Positions 10,018 through 19,438 of a DNA stretch of 64,000 bases are shown here, in pieces. Both the position numbers and the translations under genes were made by a program. A model generated the notes under the pieces. It had not been told where the DNA came from, searched no databases, and saw only the letters and a list, made by a program, of their open reading frames with translations. Positions within the stretch are counted from its first letter, which is position 1, and each line of letters begins with the position of its first letter. The stretch lies in contig OY969695.1 of assembly GCA_963701965.1 (NCBI GenBank), positions 3,904,001-3,968,000 of the forward strand. Reading direction: 5' to 3'. Source of the DNA: an uncultured Gemmatimonadales bacterium. Lineage in GTDB: Bacteria > Gemmatimonadota > Gemmatimonadetes > Gemmatimonadales > Gemmatimonadaceae.

Positions 10018-10359
10018 GTGCTCGCTCCCGTACCCCCGCTTTTCGCTTCCTGGACGACCGGGGTGGCGATGCGCGCGATGCGCCCGCGCTCGATGATGAG
10101 CCGGGACTCGCCCGACTTGATCGTGATGCGATCCTGGTCGCTGGCGGCCCCGTCGGCGTTCAGCGATTTGATGTGCACGATCTCGCCAATGATCCCGCCG
10201 GCGGTGACGATTTCATCGCCCTTCTTCACGGCGCGGATCGCCGCGTCGTGCTTCTTGCGCTGCTGCTGTTGCGGGCGCAGGAGCACGAAGTAAAAGAATG
10301 GCGAAGATCGCCGCGTACATGATGAGTTGCGGCGCGATCGGATTGGACGCAGAAGTCAT
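10014..10359 (-). CDS. yajC: Preprotein translocase subunit YajC (apparent +1 frameshift at about 10297)
   Basis: ATG 10359 overlaps tgt stop: MTSASNPIAPQLIMYAAIFAI, one extra base, then FYFVLLRPQQQQRK...KGDEIVTAGGIIG. Confidence 0.9.
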
Positions 10360-11489
10360 AGTGAGTGTTCGTAGCGGTCGAGCCAGCGCTCGGCGAAGCA
10401 GCGAAAGGTCCCCGTGGTCACGGCCGCGCGGGCGGACCGGACGAGCGACAGCAGGAAATGTACATTGTGCAGCGAGAGAAGGCGCGGCCCCAGCATCTCA
10501 TCGGATACGAACAGGTGCCGCAAGTACCCGCGCGAGAATCGCCGGCACGTCGGGCAATGGCAGTCCGGGTCGATCGGCCCCGTATCGGTCCGGAGCTCCG
10601 CGTTGCGCACGTTGACGCGCCCATCGTGCGTGAACGCCGTCCCGTTGCGCCCCATCCGGGTCGGGGCGACGCAATCGAACAGATCGATCCCGCGAGCGAT
10701 CCCGGCCAGCAAGTCCTCGGGAAAGCCGACGCCCATCAGGTACCGGGGCCGGTCGCGCGGGACCACCTCTTCCAGTGTATCCAGGACGTCATACATGACA
10801 GGCTTCGCCTCGCCGACGGACAGCCCTCCAATGCCGTAGCCCGGCCAGTCGGCCAGGTCTCTGACCGCTGCCGCCGCTCCGCGGCGCAGCGCCGCATGCG
10901 TGCCGCCCTGAAGCACGGGAAACAGCGCTTGGGTGAGAGGGGGGTCGTAGCCGCCGAGTTGCCCGAACGCGTCGCGGCATCGCGCCAACCAACGCACGCT
11001 CCGCTCGGAGGCTTCGCGGGCGAGCGCCAGGTCCGCCCCGCCGGGCACGACGTGATCGAATTGCATGATGACGTCGGCGCCCAGGGTGCGTTCGATCCCC
11101 ATGACCGACTCGGGCGTGAAGGTGCGGCGCGAGCCGTCGATATGACTCCGAAACTCCACGCCGTCCTCGTCGAGCGTGCGCAGGGTCTCCAAGGAGAACA
11201 CCTGAAATCCGCCTGAATCCGTCAGAATCGGCCCATCCCAGGCCATGAACCAATGGAGCCCGCCCAAGGCCCGCACCACCGCTTCGCCGGGTCGCAGGTG
11301 CAGGTGATAGGCGTTCGCCAGCAGCATGCTGGCGCCGGCCGCCGTCAACTCCGCGGGGTCGAGCGCCTTGACGGTGCCGAGCGTGCCGACGGGCATGAAC
11401 GCGGGCGTCGCCACGGCACCGTGCGGGGTCGCAAACGTCCCCGCCCGCGCCGCGCCGTCGCGGGCCTCAATGGCGAAGGTAAACGTCAC
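10356..11489 (-). CDS. tgt: tRNA-guanine transglycosylase
   Basis: TPAFMPVGT, TDSGGFQVFSL, YLMGVG, DCVAPTR, Zn motif CHCPTC; GTG overlaps queA stop. Confidence 0.96.
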   Translation of the reverse strand: MTFTFAIEARDGAARAGTFATPHGAVATPAFMPVGTLGTVKALDPAELTAAGASMLLANAYHLHLRPGEAVVRALGGLHWFMAWDGPILTDSGGFQVFSLETLRTLDEDGVEFRSHIDGSRRTFTPESVMGIERTLGADVIMQFDHVVPGGADLALAREASERSVRWLARCRDAFGQLGGYDPPLTQALFPVLQGGTHAALRRGAAAAVRDLADWPGYGIGGLSVGEAKPVMYDVLDTLEEVVPRDRPRYLMGVGFPEDLLAGIARGIDLFDCVAPTRMGRNGTAFTHDGRVNVRNAELRTDTGPIDPDCHCPTCRRFSRGYLRHLFVSDEMLGPRLLSLHNVHFLLSLVRSARAAVTTGTFRCFAERWLDRYEHSL

Positions 11490-12508
11490 ACGATCGCCAT
11501 GGCGTCGCCGTAGGAGTAGAACCGGTATCCCGCGGCGACGGCGTCGGCGTAGGCGCGCATCGTCAGATCGTAACCCGCGAGCGCGGCGACCAGCATCAGG
11601 AGAGTCGAGCGCGGGAGATGAAAGTTCGTGATGAGCTTGTCCACGACCCGCCAGCGGTAGGGCGGCCGGATGAAGAGACGCGTCTCTCCGGGGCCGGGGC
11701 CCGTGGCGCTTTCCAGCGTGCGCGCCGTCGTCGTTCCCACGGCCCACACCGCCGCGCCCCGGGCTTTGGCGCCGTCGATCGCGGCGAGCGTCTCCGGCGG
11801 GATGAAGTACTGCTCTTCATGCATCGCGTGGTCGGCGGGGTCGTCGGTCTCCACCGGCTTGAACGTCCCCGCGCCCACATGGAGCACGATCTCGGCGCGT
11901 TCGACGCCTCGCCGCGCGAGCGCGTCGAGTAGCGCCGGCGTAAAGTGTAAGCCAGCCGTCGGCGCCGCGACGGAGCCGTCCTCTCGCGCGTAGACCGTTT
12001 GATAGCGCGTACGGTCTTCCTCGCACGGCGCCCGCGTGATATACGGCGGCAACGGGACCGCACCATAGCGCTCCAGCGCCGCGGGCGCGGCGAGCGTCGT
12101 GTGCAATCGCACGATCCGGGTGCGCCGGTCCGTGACGCTTTCGATCTCGACGTCGAGATCGGGCGCCACGTGTACCATTCGGCCGGCGTGCAGTTTGCCG
12201 CCGGGATGGACCAGCGCCTCGAAGCGGGAGGCGTCGATCTGCCGCAGCAGGAAGACCTCGGCCGGGGCGCCCGAATCGCGGCGTCCGAGGAGGCGCGCGC
12301 GAATGACGCGGGTGGTGTTGACGATCAAGAGATCGCCGGGCGCCAGGAGATCGGGCAACTCGCGAAATGCCCGGTGCCCAATCGTCCCCCGCGACCGGTC
12401 GACGACCATCAGGCGGCTCGCGTCGCGCGGTTCGACGGGGGTCTGGGCAATACGCTCCGGCGGTAGCGCGTAGTCGTAGTCGGCCGTGCGGGTCCCGTCA
12501 GCCGTCAG
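11486..12508 (-). CDS. queA: S-adenosylmethionine:tRNA ribosyltransferase-isomerase (probable CTG start)
   Basis: [15 protein letters not shown] lies upstream of the listed ORF start; [33 protein letters not shown]. Confidence 0.95.
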   Translation of the reverse strand: MTADGTRTADYDYALPPERIAQTPVEPRDASRLMVVDRSRGTIGHRAFRELPDLLAPGDLLIVNTTRVIRARLLGRRDSGAPAEVFLLRQIDASRFEALVHPGGKLHAGRMVHVAPDLDVEIESVTDRRTRIVRLHTTLAAPAALERYGAVPLPPYITRAPCEEDRTRYQTVYAREDGSVAAPTAGLHFTPALLDALARRGVERAEIVLHVGAGTFKPVETDDPADHAMHEEQYFIPPETLAAIDGAKARGAAVWAVGTTTARTLESATGPGPGETRLFIRPPYRWRVVDKLITNFHLPRSTLLMLVAALAGYDLTMRAYADAVAAGYRFYSYGDAMAIV

Positions 12509-13533
12509 AACAACTCCGACTGGGCGCGCGGATCGGCCGACACCGTGTACCCGAAGTGACGCAACGCCAAGGCCGTGGCTTGCCGGCCCCGCGCCGTCCG
12601 CTGCAAGAACCCGTTCAACACCAGAAACGGCTCGTACACCTCTTCGATGGTCTCGGCATCCTCGCCGACCGCCGCCGCCACCGTGCCCAGTCCCACCGGC
12701 CCACCGCCGAACTTGTCGATGATGGTCTTGAGGATTCGCGCGTCCATGTCGTCGAGCCCCAGCTGGTCGACGTCCAACATCGCCAGCGCATCGGCGGCCA
12801 CCGCCTGGGTGATGCGGCCATCGGCGCGAATCTGCGCATAGTCGCGCACGCGGCGCAGCAAGCGATTGGCGACGCGGGGCGTGCCGCGCGACCGGCGCGC
12901 GATCTCGTGCGCGCCGCCGGGTTCGATCGGCACCTCCAGCACGTCGGCGGTGCGCCGCACGATGTGCTCCAGATCGGCGTCGGGGTAGTAGTTGAGTCGG
13001 AGCTCGATACCGAACCGGGCCTTGAGCGGCGCCGTCATCATCCCCAGCCGCGTCGTCGCGCCGACGAGCGTGAACGGCTCGATCTGCATCGGCATCGTGC
13101 GCGCGTGGGGCCCGTCCGACAGGCGGATCTCGAACTTGAAGTCCTCCATGGCCGGGTACAGAAACTCTTCGATGATCGGCCGCAACCGGTGGATCTCGTC
13201 GATAAACAGGACATCGCGCTCGCGCAGATTGCTCAGCGTGCTGACGAGATCCAATGGCTTTTCGATCGTGGGGCCGGACTTGATGTAGATGTTCGCGCCC
13301 AGCTCACGGGCGATCAGCTCGGCCAGGGTCGTCTTGCCGAGGCCCGGTGGCCCATGGAACAGCGTATGGTCGAGCGGCTCCTGCCGCGCCAGAGCCGCGT
13401 CAATGCCGATCCGTAAGGCGTCCTTCGCCTTCTGCTGTCCGATGAACTCCGCCAGCCGCCGCGGACGCAACGACAGCTCGACGACTCCCTCGTCGGGGAG
13501 CTCCTGCGGCGTGGTGATCTCGGCGCGCGCCAT
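12505..13533 (-). CDS. ruvB: Holliday junction helicase RuvB
   Basis: [40 protein letters not shown]. Confidence 0.98.
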   Translation of the reverse strand: MARAEITTPQELPDEGVVELSLRPRRLAEFIGQQKAKDALRIGIDAALARQEPLDHTLFHGPPGLGKTTLAELIARELGANIYIKSGPTIEKPLDLVSTLSNLRERDVLFIDEIHRLRPIIEEFLYPAMEDFKFEIRLSDGPHARTMPMQIEPFTLVGATTRLGMMTAPLKARFGIELRLNYYPDADLEHIVRRTADVLEVPIEPGGAHEIARRSRGTPRVANRLLRRVRDYAQIRADGRITQAVAADALAMLDVDQLGLDDMDARILKTIIDKFGGGPVGLGTVAAAVGEDAETIEEVYEPFLVLNGFLQRTARGRQATALALRHFGYTVSADPRAQSELF

Positions 13534-13570
13534 GGCACTCGAATATAAACCGAAGCGACGCGAAGCGGTT

Positions 13571-14752
13571 CTATGTCCGCTGGCCGACCTCCAGTCCGGC
13601 CAGGCGCTCCGCCGCCCGCTCCAGCGTCTCGCGCCGTTTGCAGAACGCGAACCGCACGATCGACCGTCCCAGCGTCTTGTCGTGGAAAAAGCTGGAGCCG
13701 GGCACCGACGCCACGCCGCCTTCGCGGGCCAGCCAGGTCGCGAAGGTGGTGTCGTCGTCCGACGACAGGGCCGAGAAGTCCGCCATGATGTAATAGGCGC
13801 CCGCTGGCTCCGTGAACGCGAAGCCGGCCGCGCGCAACGCGGCGGTCAGGACGCCGCGCCGCGCGCGGTAGTCGTTCGCCATATGGTTGAAGTAGTCCGC
13901 GTCGAACGCCAGGCCGACCGCGCCGGCAGCCTGCAGCGGCGCCGGCGCGCCGACCGTCAGGAAATCGTGGATTTTCCGGATCGCGTCCGTGGCCCGGCGC
14001 GGCGCGATGACGTAGCCCAACCGCCATCCCGTGCAGCTGAACGTCTTGGAGAGCCCGGAGATGGTCACCGTCCGCTCGCGCATCCCGTCGAAGGTCGCCA
14101 GCGGGTGGTGGTGCCCGCTGTACAGGATGTGTTCGTAGATCTCGTCCGTGAACGCCCACACATCGTGCTCCTGGCACAGCGCCGCGATCACCGCCAACTC
14201 ATCGCGCGTGAACACCCGTCCGCTGGGATTGTGCGGGGTGTTGACGACGATGGCTTTCGTGCGCGGCGAGAACGCGGCCCGCAACCGGTCGAGGTCCAGG
14301 CGCCAATCGGGAGGCTCGAGCGGAACGAAGACCGGCTTGGCGCCGGCCAGGATCGCATCCGGTCCGTAGTTCTCGTAGAACGGCTCGAAGACGATGACCT
14401 CGTCCCCGGGATCGATCATGGCCAGAAACGTGGCCGCCATGGCTTCCGTCGCGCCGCACGTGACGGTGATCTCCGTGTCGGGGTCGACCGGCATGTCATA
14501 CCACCGGCGGTACTTCTCGGCGATCGCCAGCCGGAGCGCCGAGGCGCCCCAGGTGATCGCGTACTGGTTGATGTCCCCGTGAATCGCCGCGCACGCCGCG
14601 TCCTTCATGGGTGCCGGCATCGGAAAATCCGGAAATCCCTGCGCCAGGTTGATCGCGCCGTAGCGCTGCGCGACCCGCGTCATCTCGCGGATCACGGACT
14701 CCGAGAACGTGCCGGCGCGTTGCGCGTGCACGGCGCTGCCCGCATTGCTCAC
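13571..14752 (-). CDS. PLP-dependent class I/II aminotransferase (YbdL/kynurenine aminotransferase-like)
   Basis: [43 protein letters not shown]. Confidence 0.9.
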   Translation of the reverse strand: MSNAGSAVHAQRAGTFSESVIREMTRVAQRYGAINLAQGFPDFPMPAPMKDAACAAIHGDINQYAITWGASALRLAIAEKYRRWYDMPVDPDTEITVTCGATEAMAATFLAMIDPGDEVIVFEPFYENYGPDAILAGAKPVFVPLEPPDWRLDLDRLRAAFSPRTKAIVVNTPHNPSGRVFTRDELAVIAALCQEHDVWAFTDEIYEHILYSGHHHPLATFDGMRERTVTISGLSKTFSCTGWRLGYVIAPRRATDAIRKIHDFLTVGAPAPLQAAGAVGLAFDADYFNHMANDYRARRGVLTAALRAAGFAFTEPAGAYYIMADFSALSSDDDTTFATWLAREGGVASVPGSSFFHDKTLGRSIVRFAFCKRRETLERAAERLAGLEVGQRT

Positions 14753-15330
14753 GACGATCCCCCCGCCAAGGTCTTGATGGCTTGTCTCAGTTTTTCCGCC
14801 GTTGTCCCGCCGGTCGAAGCCCGCACCGCCCGTTCGGCATCCGCGCGCGCGTAGCCCAGCGATACCAGGCCACGAATGGCGTCGTCGAATGGCCCGTCGC
14901 CGCGCGGCGGCGCGCTCACGACGACGAGATCGTCCAATTTATCGGCGAGATCGAGGACGATCTGCTCGGCTTTCTTTCGTCCCACCCGCGGCACGGTCTG
15001 CAGCGTGGCGACATCCTTTTCCCGGATGACGCGGACCAGCCGGTCGGCAGTCAGCGAGGACAGCATGGCCAGGGCCAGGGCCGGCCCGACGCCCTTTGCG
15101 CCCAACAGTGCGCGAAAGACCGTCCGGTCGGCGGCCGTCGCGAACCCGTACAGCTGCCAGGCGTCTTCCTTCACCACCAGATGGGTGAACAGGGCGACGT
15201 CCTCGCCGACGGCCGGCAGCGTTTCGGCCACGCCGAGCGGCACGGCGACCTCGTACCCGAGGCCGGCGGCCACGATCTCGACGCGTTCGATGTCCTTCGC
15301 CACCAGGCGGCCCGCGATGCGCGCGATCAT
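14749..15330 (-). CDS. ruvA: Holliday junction binding protein RuvA
   Basis: MIARIAG, GLGYEV, LYGF, HhH motifs GVGPALAL and RVGRKKA, LVSLGY. Confidence 0.95.
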   Translation of the reverse strand: MIARIAGRLVAKDIERVEIVAAGLGYEVAVPLGVAETLPAVGEDVALFTHLVVKEDAWQLYGFATAADRTVFRALLGAKGVGPALALAMLSSLTADRLVRVIREKDVATLQTVPRVGRKKAEQIVLDLADKLDDLVVVSAPPRGDGPFDDAIRGLVSLGYARADAERAVRASTGGTTAEKLRQAIKTLAGGSS

Positions 15331-15803
15331 GCGCGCAGGCACCCGGTGAGCGCGGCCGCGACCCCGTCCGACGCGTCGGACGGTTGGGGGGCGCTCTCGA
15401 GGCGGAGGAGCCGCATGATCATCACCTGGACTTGCTCCTTGGTGGCATTGCCGGTGCCGGTGACGGCCTTCTTGATCTCCCGCGGCGGAAACTCCTGCAC
15501 GACGAGGCCGGCCTGCGCACCCGCGAGCAGGATGACCCCTCGCGCATGTCCGAGAACGACGGTGGTACGGACGTTCTTCGCGTAGAACACATCCTCGACC
15601 GCCAGCGCTTGCGGCGCGTGGCGGTCGATCAACGCGCGCACGCCCTCGTAGATGTCCCGGAGCCGCGTGGGCAGCAATGCGCTGGACGACGTACGGATCA
15701 CGCCGCACTCGACGAGCGAAGGCATGCTGGCCGGCGGGCCATCGCGCCGCACGACACCGTACCCGGTGACAGCCGTGCCGGGATCGAGCCCCAAGACGAT
15801 CAC
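15327..15803 (-). CDS. ruvC: Holliday junction resolvase
   Basis: LGLDPG, VEDVF, LGHARGV, GNATKEQV, DASDG. Confidence 0.96.
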   Translation of the reverse strand: MIVLGLDPGTAVTGYGVVRRDGPPASMPSLVECGVIRTSSSALLPTRLRDIYEGVRALIDRHAPQALAVEDVFYAKNVRTTVVLGHARGVILLAGAQAGLVVQEFPPREIKKAVTGTGNATKEQVQVMIMRLLRLESAPQPSDASDGVAAALTGCLRA

Positions 15804-15822
15804 CGGCCGGCAGTCGATGGGA

Positions 15823-16566
15823 CTAGGCGCCGGCCAAGTCCGGCACGTCCATATCGAAGTTCGCCTCGACTTTTTGCACGTCGTCGAGGTCTTCGAGCTC
15901 CTCGAGCAGTTTGAGCAGCGACTCGGCGGTCTTGCCTTCGACGCGCACGGTGTTCTTGGGCACCCACGACACCTCGGCGCCCTGGGTCTGGATTCCCCGC
16001 GCCTCCAATGCCGATTTGACGTTGACGAGGGTCGAAGGATCGGTCGTCACGATGTACTGATCGCCTTCCCGCTGCACATCCTCGGCTCCGGCGTCGAGCG
16101 CGGCCTCGTAGGTCGCGTCTTCCTCGTGCGCCGCCGCCTCGATGGCGATCTGCCCTTTGCGATCGAACATCCAGGCCACCGAGTTGGTGGCGCCCAGGTT
16201 GCCCCCGCCGCGGGACAGCTTGTGCCGGACTTCGGCGACAGTGCGCGTCGCGTTGTCGGTGACCGCCTGAATGATCAGGGCCACGCCTCCGGGTCCAAAG
16301 CCCTCGTACATGACGTCGGTGTAGTCGACGCCCTCGAGCTCTCCCGTTCCCTTCTTGACGGCCCGCTCGATGTTGTCTTTGGGCATCGACGCCGCCCGGG
16401 CGCTTTCGATCGCCGTCCTGAGCCGCGGGTTTCCGGCGGGATCGCCGCCCCCCTGCTTGGCGGCGATCGTGATCTCACGAATCAGCTTCGTGAAGTGGGC
16501 CCCGCGCTTGGCGTCGGCCGCCGCCTTGTAGTGCTTGATCTGCTTCCACTTACTGTGCCCGGCCAT
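15823..16566 (-). CDS. yebC: YebC/PmpR family protein
   Basis: MAGHSKW, NPRLR, YEGFGPGG, EDLDDVQ. Confidence 0.96.
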   Translation of the reverse strand: MAGHSKWKQIKHYKAAADAKRGAHFTKLIREITIAAKQGGGDPAGNPRLRTAIESARAASMPKDNIERAVKKGTGELEGVDYTDVMYEGFGPGGVALIIQAVTDNATRTVAEVRHKLSRGGGNLGATNSVAWMFDRKGQIAIEAAAHEEDATYEAALDAGAEDVQREGDQYIVTTDPSTLVNVKSALEARGIQTQGAEVSWVPKNTVRVEGKTAESLLKLLEELEDLDDVQKVEANFDMDVPDLAGA

Positions 16567-16573
16567 TCTTGAA

Positions 16574-17410
16574 CTATAACAGATCCTCGAACCGCATCCA
16601 CTGTTTGTAGAAGTACAGGTCGACGTACCCGGTCTGCCCCCCGCGGTTCTTCAAGGCGGAGAGCTCCGTGGCTCCTTCCACCGCCTGTCCACCGCCGTAC
16701 ATCTCCTCCCGAAAGAGGCCGAGGACGATATCGGCGTGCTGTTTGACCGCCTGATGCGGGCCGAAATCATCGAGCGTAGGGCGCGGGTCCGGCCGATGGC
16801 GCTCGAACCCCGGCAAGTGCGCGCTCACCAGCAGGACCAACCCCAAGTCCAGCGCCAGCGCCTTGAGCGGCCGGAGCGCGGCCTCGCTTTCGGCCAACCC
16901 TTGCAACGCATCGATGACGACGAGCCGCGTCCCCGGCACGGCGCGCACGGCCTCGGTCAGCGCGCCGAGATCCAATGGCAGGCGGTCGACAATGGTCGCC
17001 ACATCGCGGAGGCGCAGGGACGCCGCACCGGCGCCGGCCCGCGTGACGTCATCCAAAGCCCCGCGCCGCAGATCATCGACTCGCGCCCGGCCCTCCATGG
17101 CCAGCATGCGTTCATGGAGCCGATCCGGCGTCATCTCCGCCGACAGAAACCGGACGGCGTGCCCTCCGGCCGCCGCGTTCAAGGCCACGGAGAGGGCGAA
17201 AGCCGACTTGCCGCTGCCAATGTCGCCGCCGAGGACCACGAGGTCGCCACTGCGGAGGCCGCCGCCGAGGAGCCGGTCGACGCTCGGGAAGCCCGTGGGG
17301 ATGGTATCGGCGGGCGGGGCTCCGTCGGCCAGCGCGTCGATCCGGCGCATAAGCTGGGAGAGGGGGGAGATGTCGGGCGGTCGGGTCACGTGTGGTAGAC
17401 GAAGATCCAC
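16574..17410 (-). CDS. DnaB-like helicase, C-terminal RecA-type motor domain only (start uncertain, possibly GTG about 17389)
   Basis: IPTGFPSVDRLLGGGLRSGDL, Walker A GDIGSGKS, SAEM, VIDALQ, QHADIV, KNRGG; no N-terminal domain. Confidence 0.8.
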   Translation of the reverse strand: MDLRLPHVTRPPDISPLSQLMRRIDALADGAPPADTIPTGFPSVDRLLGGGLRSGDLVVLGGDIGSGKSAFALSVALNAAAGGHAVRFLSAEMTPDRLHERMLAMEGRARVDDLRRGALDDVTRAGAGAASLRLRDVATIVDRLPLDLGALTEAVRAVPGTRLVVIDALQGLAESEAALRPLKALALDLGLVLLVSAHLPGFERHRPDPRPTLDDFGPHQAVKQHADIVLGLFREEMYGGGQAVEGATELSALKNRGGQTGYVDLYFYKQWMRFEDLL

Positions 17411-17435
17411 CCCTAGGTGTTTTGTTTTTGCGGGG

Positions 17436-18995
17436 ATGAGCCGCCGGCTCCAGATTGGGCCGGTGCCCGCCGCGCCCTCTCCCTACAAGCCCGTTCCCGG
17501 GCCGGCGGACCGTGTCACGTTCTTTACCATGCAGCGCCGCCACCGGCGGGCGAGCTGGCGCTTCTCGGCGCTGGCCATTGCCGCGGTAGTTCTGACGGGC
17601 CTGCCGCTCAGCATCATCATCACGCCGCTCCTCTACGCCATCGTGTTGTTGGTGAGCGCGGGGGCGAACGCGATCCACCCGGGCGCGATCCCTCCCCGAT
17701 TTTGGGATGTGGCGCAGACGCTGCCGGCGATCGTGCCCCACACGATGGCGCTCCTGGGCGGCAAGTCCCAGCAGGTGCCGCTCCGCGAGATGTTCGTGGT
17801 TGGCGGCCTGCTGGTCGCGCCGGGCGCGCTTCTGCTGCTGGCGTTCTGGACGATGATCCGGGTGGTGTTTCACCGGGCCGGGGTCGGGGGCGTCCTGCTC
17901 ACCCTCGGCGCGCGCGATCCCGATCTCAACGACTTCGAGGAGCGCCAGCTCATGAACCTCGTCGAGGAGATGGCGATCGCGGCCGGAGTGCCGCCGCCCC
18001 GCGTCATGCTGATCGACCGCGGCGCGGCCGACGGCGCCGCCAATGCCGCGGCGGTGGGCTGGTCGATCGACGATGCCACCGTCGTCGTCACCCGACCCTT
18101 GCTCGACTCCCTGGAGCGGGATGAGACGCAGGCGGTCATGGGCCGGCTCATCGGCGCCATCGGCAACGGCGATCTCAAGATCGCGCTGATTATCCTCTCG
18201 ATCTATCAGGCCGTTGGTGTGGTGAGCCTGCTGCTCAACGCCGTGTTCGGGTTCCGCGCCTGGCGCACGCTCTTGCGATTCTTCCGGCTCGCGCTCTGGC
18301 CCCACCAGGCGGCCGAGCAGGACGCGGTCATGTCGGCGCTGGCGCGCGCGGCCAGCGAGGATCGGGACGTCGAAGCGTTCACGGCCCGCCAGCATCGCGG
18401 CGGATGTCTGTCGGTGCTGGCGCTGCCGCTCGTGCCCATCGAGTTGTCCGCGATGTCGATCAACGTCATCGTCTCGATGTCGACGTCGCTCTTCGTCGGC
18501 CAACTGATCGGCGCCATGTGGAGGCGCCGGCAGCTGTTGGCCGATGCCACCGCCGTGCAGTTGACGCGCAACCCGGACGGCCTGGCGACCGCGCTGGAGC
18601 GACTCGGTCGCATGCCCGTTGCCGTGCCCAAAGCGGCGCCCGTGGCGCATCTCTTCGCCACGTGGTCGGGACCCGCCGATGACTCCGTGTCCCGCTACAT
18701 GTTGGTGAAAACCGATCAGCGCCTCGCCAAGCTGCGGCAGATGGGCGCGCGCATCAACCTGACGTCGCGGAAGACATCGCTGCTCGGTCGGGTGCTGGTC
18801 CTCCTGTTCGTCGCGCCGTTCGTCGTGCTCACGGCGGTCGCGATGGCGGCGGCGTTTGTCGTCATGATGGGTCTCGACCTGCTCTTCATGCTCGTGTTGC
18901 TCGCTGCGCTCGCCGCCCTCGCCCATGCCGCGGCCGTATACGGGCCCCGGCTCCCCGCGATGCTCCACGCGCTCGCGCGGCGGTTCGTGCGTTAG
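17436..18995 (+). CDS. HtpX/M48-like membrane protein lacking the zinc-binding residues
   Basis: ERQLMNLVEEMAIAAGVPPPRV, NAAAVG, ADATAVQLTRNPDGLATAL; HEXXH position reads RLIGA. Confidence 0.8.
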   Translation: MSRRLQIGPVPAAPSPYKPVPGPADRVTFFTMQRRHRRASWRFSALAIAAVVLTGLPLSIIITPLLYAIVLLVSAGANAIHPGAIPPRFWDVAQTLPAIVPHTMALLGGKSQQVPLREMFVVGGLLVAPGALLLLAFWTMIRVVFHRAGVGGVLLTLGARDPDLNDFEERQLMNLVEEMAIAAGVPPPRVMLIDRGAADGAANAAAVGWSIDDATVVVTRPLLDSLERDETQAVMGRLIGAIGNGDLKIALIILSIYQAVGVVSLLLNAVFGFRAWRTLLRFFRLALWPHQAAEQDAVMSALARAASEDRDVEAFTARQHRGGCLSVLALPLVPIELSAMSINVIVSMSTSLFVGQLIGAMWRRRQLLADATAVQLTRNPDGLATALERLGRMPVAVPKAAPVAHLFATWSGPADDSVSRYMLVKTDQRLAKLRQMGARINLTSRKTSLLGRVLVLLFVAPFVVLTAVAMAAAFVVMMGLDLLFMLVLLAALAALAHAAAVYGPRLPAMLHALARRFVR

Positions 18996-19399
18996 CCTTC
19001 GAGATCCGCGAGCAAGCGCTCTAGCTCAGCCCGGCTCGGGGCGTCGAGGCCGCGTTGTGCCGCGTCGATGACGGCGCGGAGCGCGGTCTGAACGGCGGGC
19101 AGATCGCCATTGCCGGTCGCGTCGGCGAGCCGGGCAAACGGCGCGCGCATGGCGGCCGGCAGCGTCAGAGCGGAGAGCCAATGGCGGGCCGCCGTAGCGC
19201 GCGCCAAACGCGCGGGAGCCGCGAGCGCGTTCGGGGGTAGGACACCACTGACCAATCGCGCCGTGGCGAACGCGGCCAACGCGACTTCGCGATCGCCGCC
19301 AATCTGCCCGCGGCCGGCGAGCGCGGCCAACGCCGGAAACCGAAACGGCGTCTCGTGCAAGGCATACGGCGGGCGTGGGTGGTGGGAGTGCGCGAACAC
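18992..19399 (-). CDS. Hypothetical Ala-rich helical protein
   Basis: Fills the gap between genes; TACATT 6 nt before GTG; PPYAL...FRFPALAALAGR...GGDREVALA. Confidence 0.6.
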   Translation of the reverse strand: MFAHSHHPRPPYALHETPFRFPALAALAGRGQIGGDREVALAAFATARLVSGVLPPNALAAPARLARATAARHWLSALTLPAAMRAPFARLADATGNGDLPAVQTALRAVIDAAQRGLDAPSRAELERLLADLEG

Positions 19400-19438
19400 A
19401 TGACGAATGTAGAACGAACGGGTACATTGCGCAGTACG

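Noticed and set aside
10356..12508. tgt as a DNA-modifying DpdA explaining the CATC signal
   Set aside because: It has canonical tRNA-Tgt motifs in the standard queA-tgt-yajC context.
16574..17410. Prophage or plasmid helicase
   Set aside because: No integrase, phage genes, att-like repeats or compositional shift around it.
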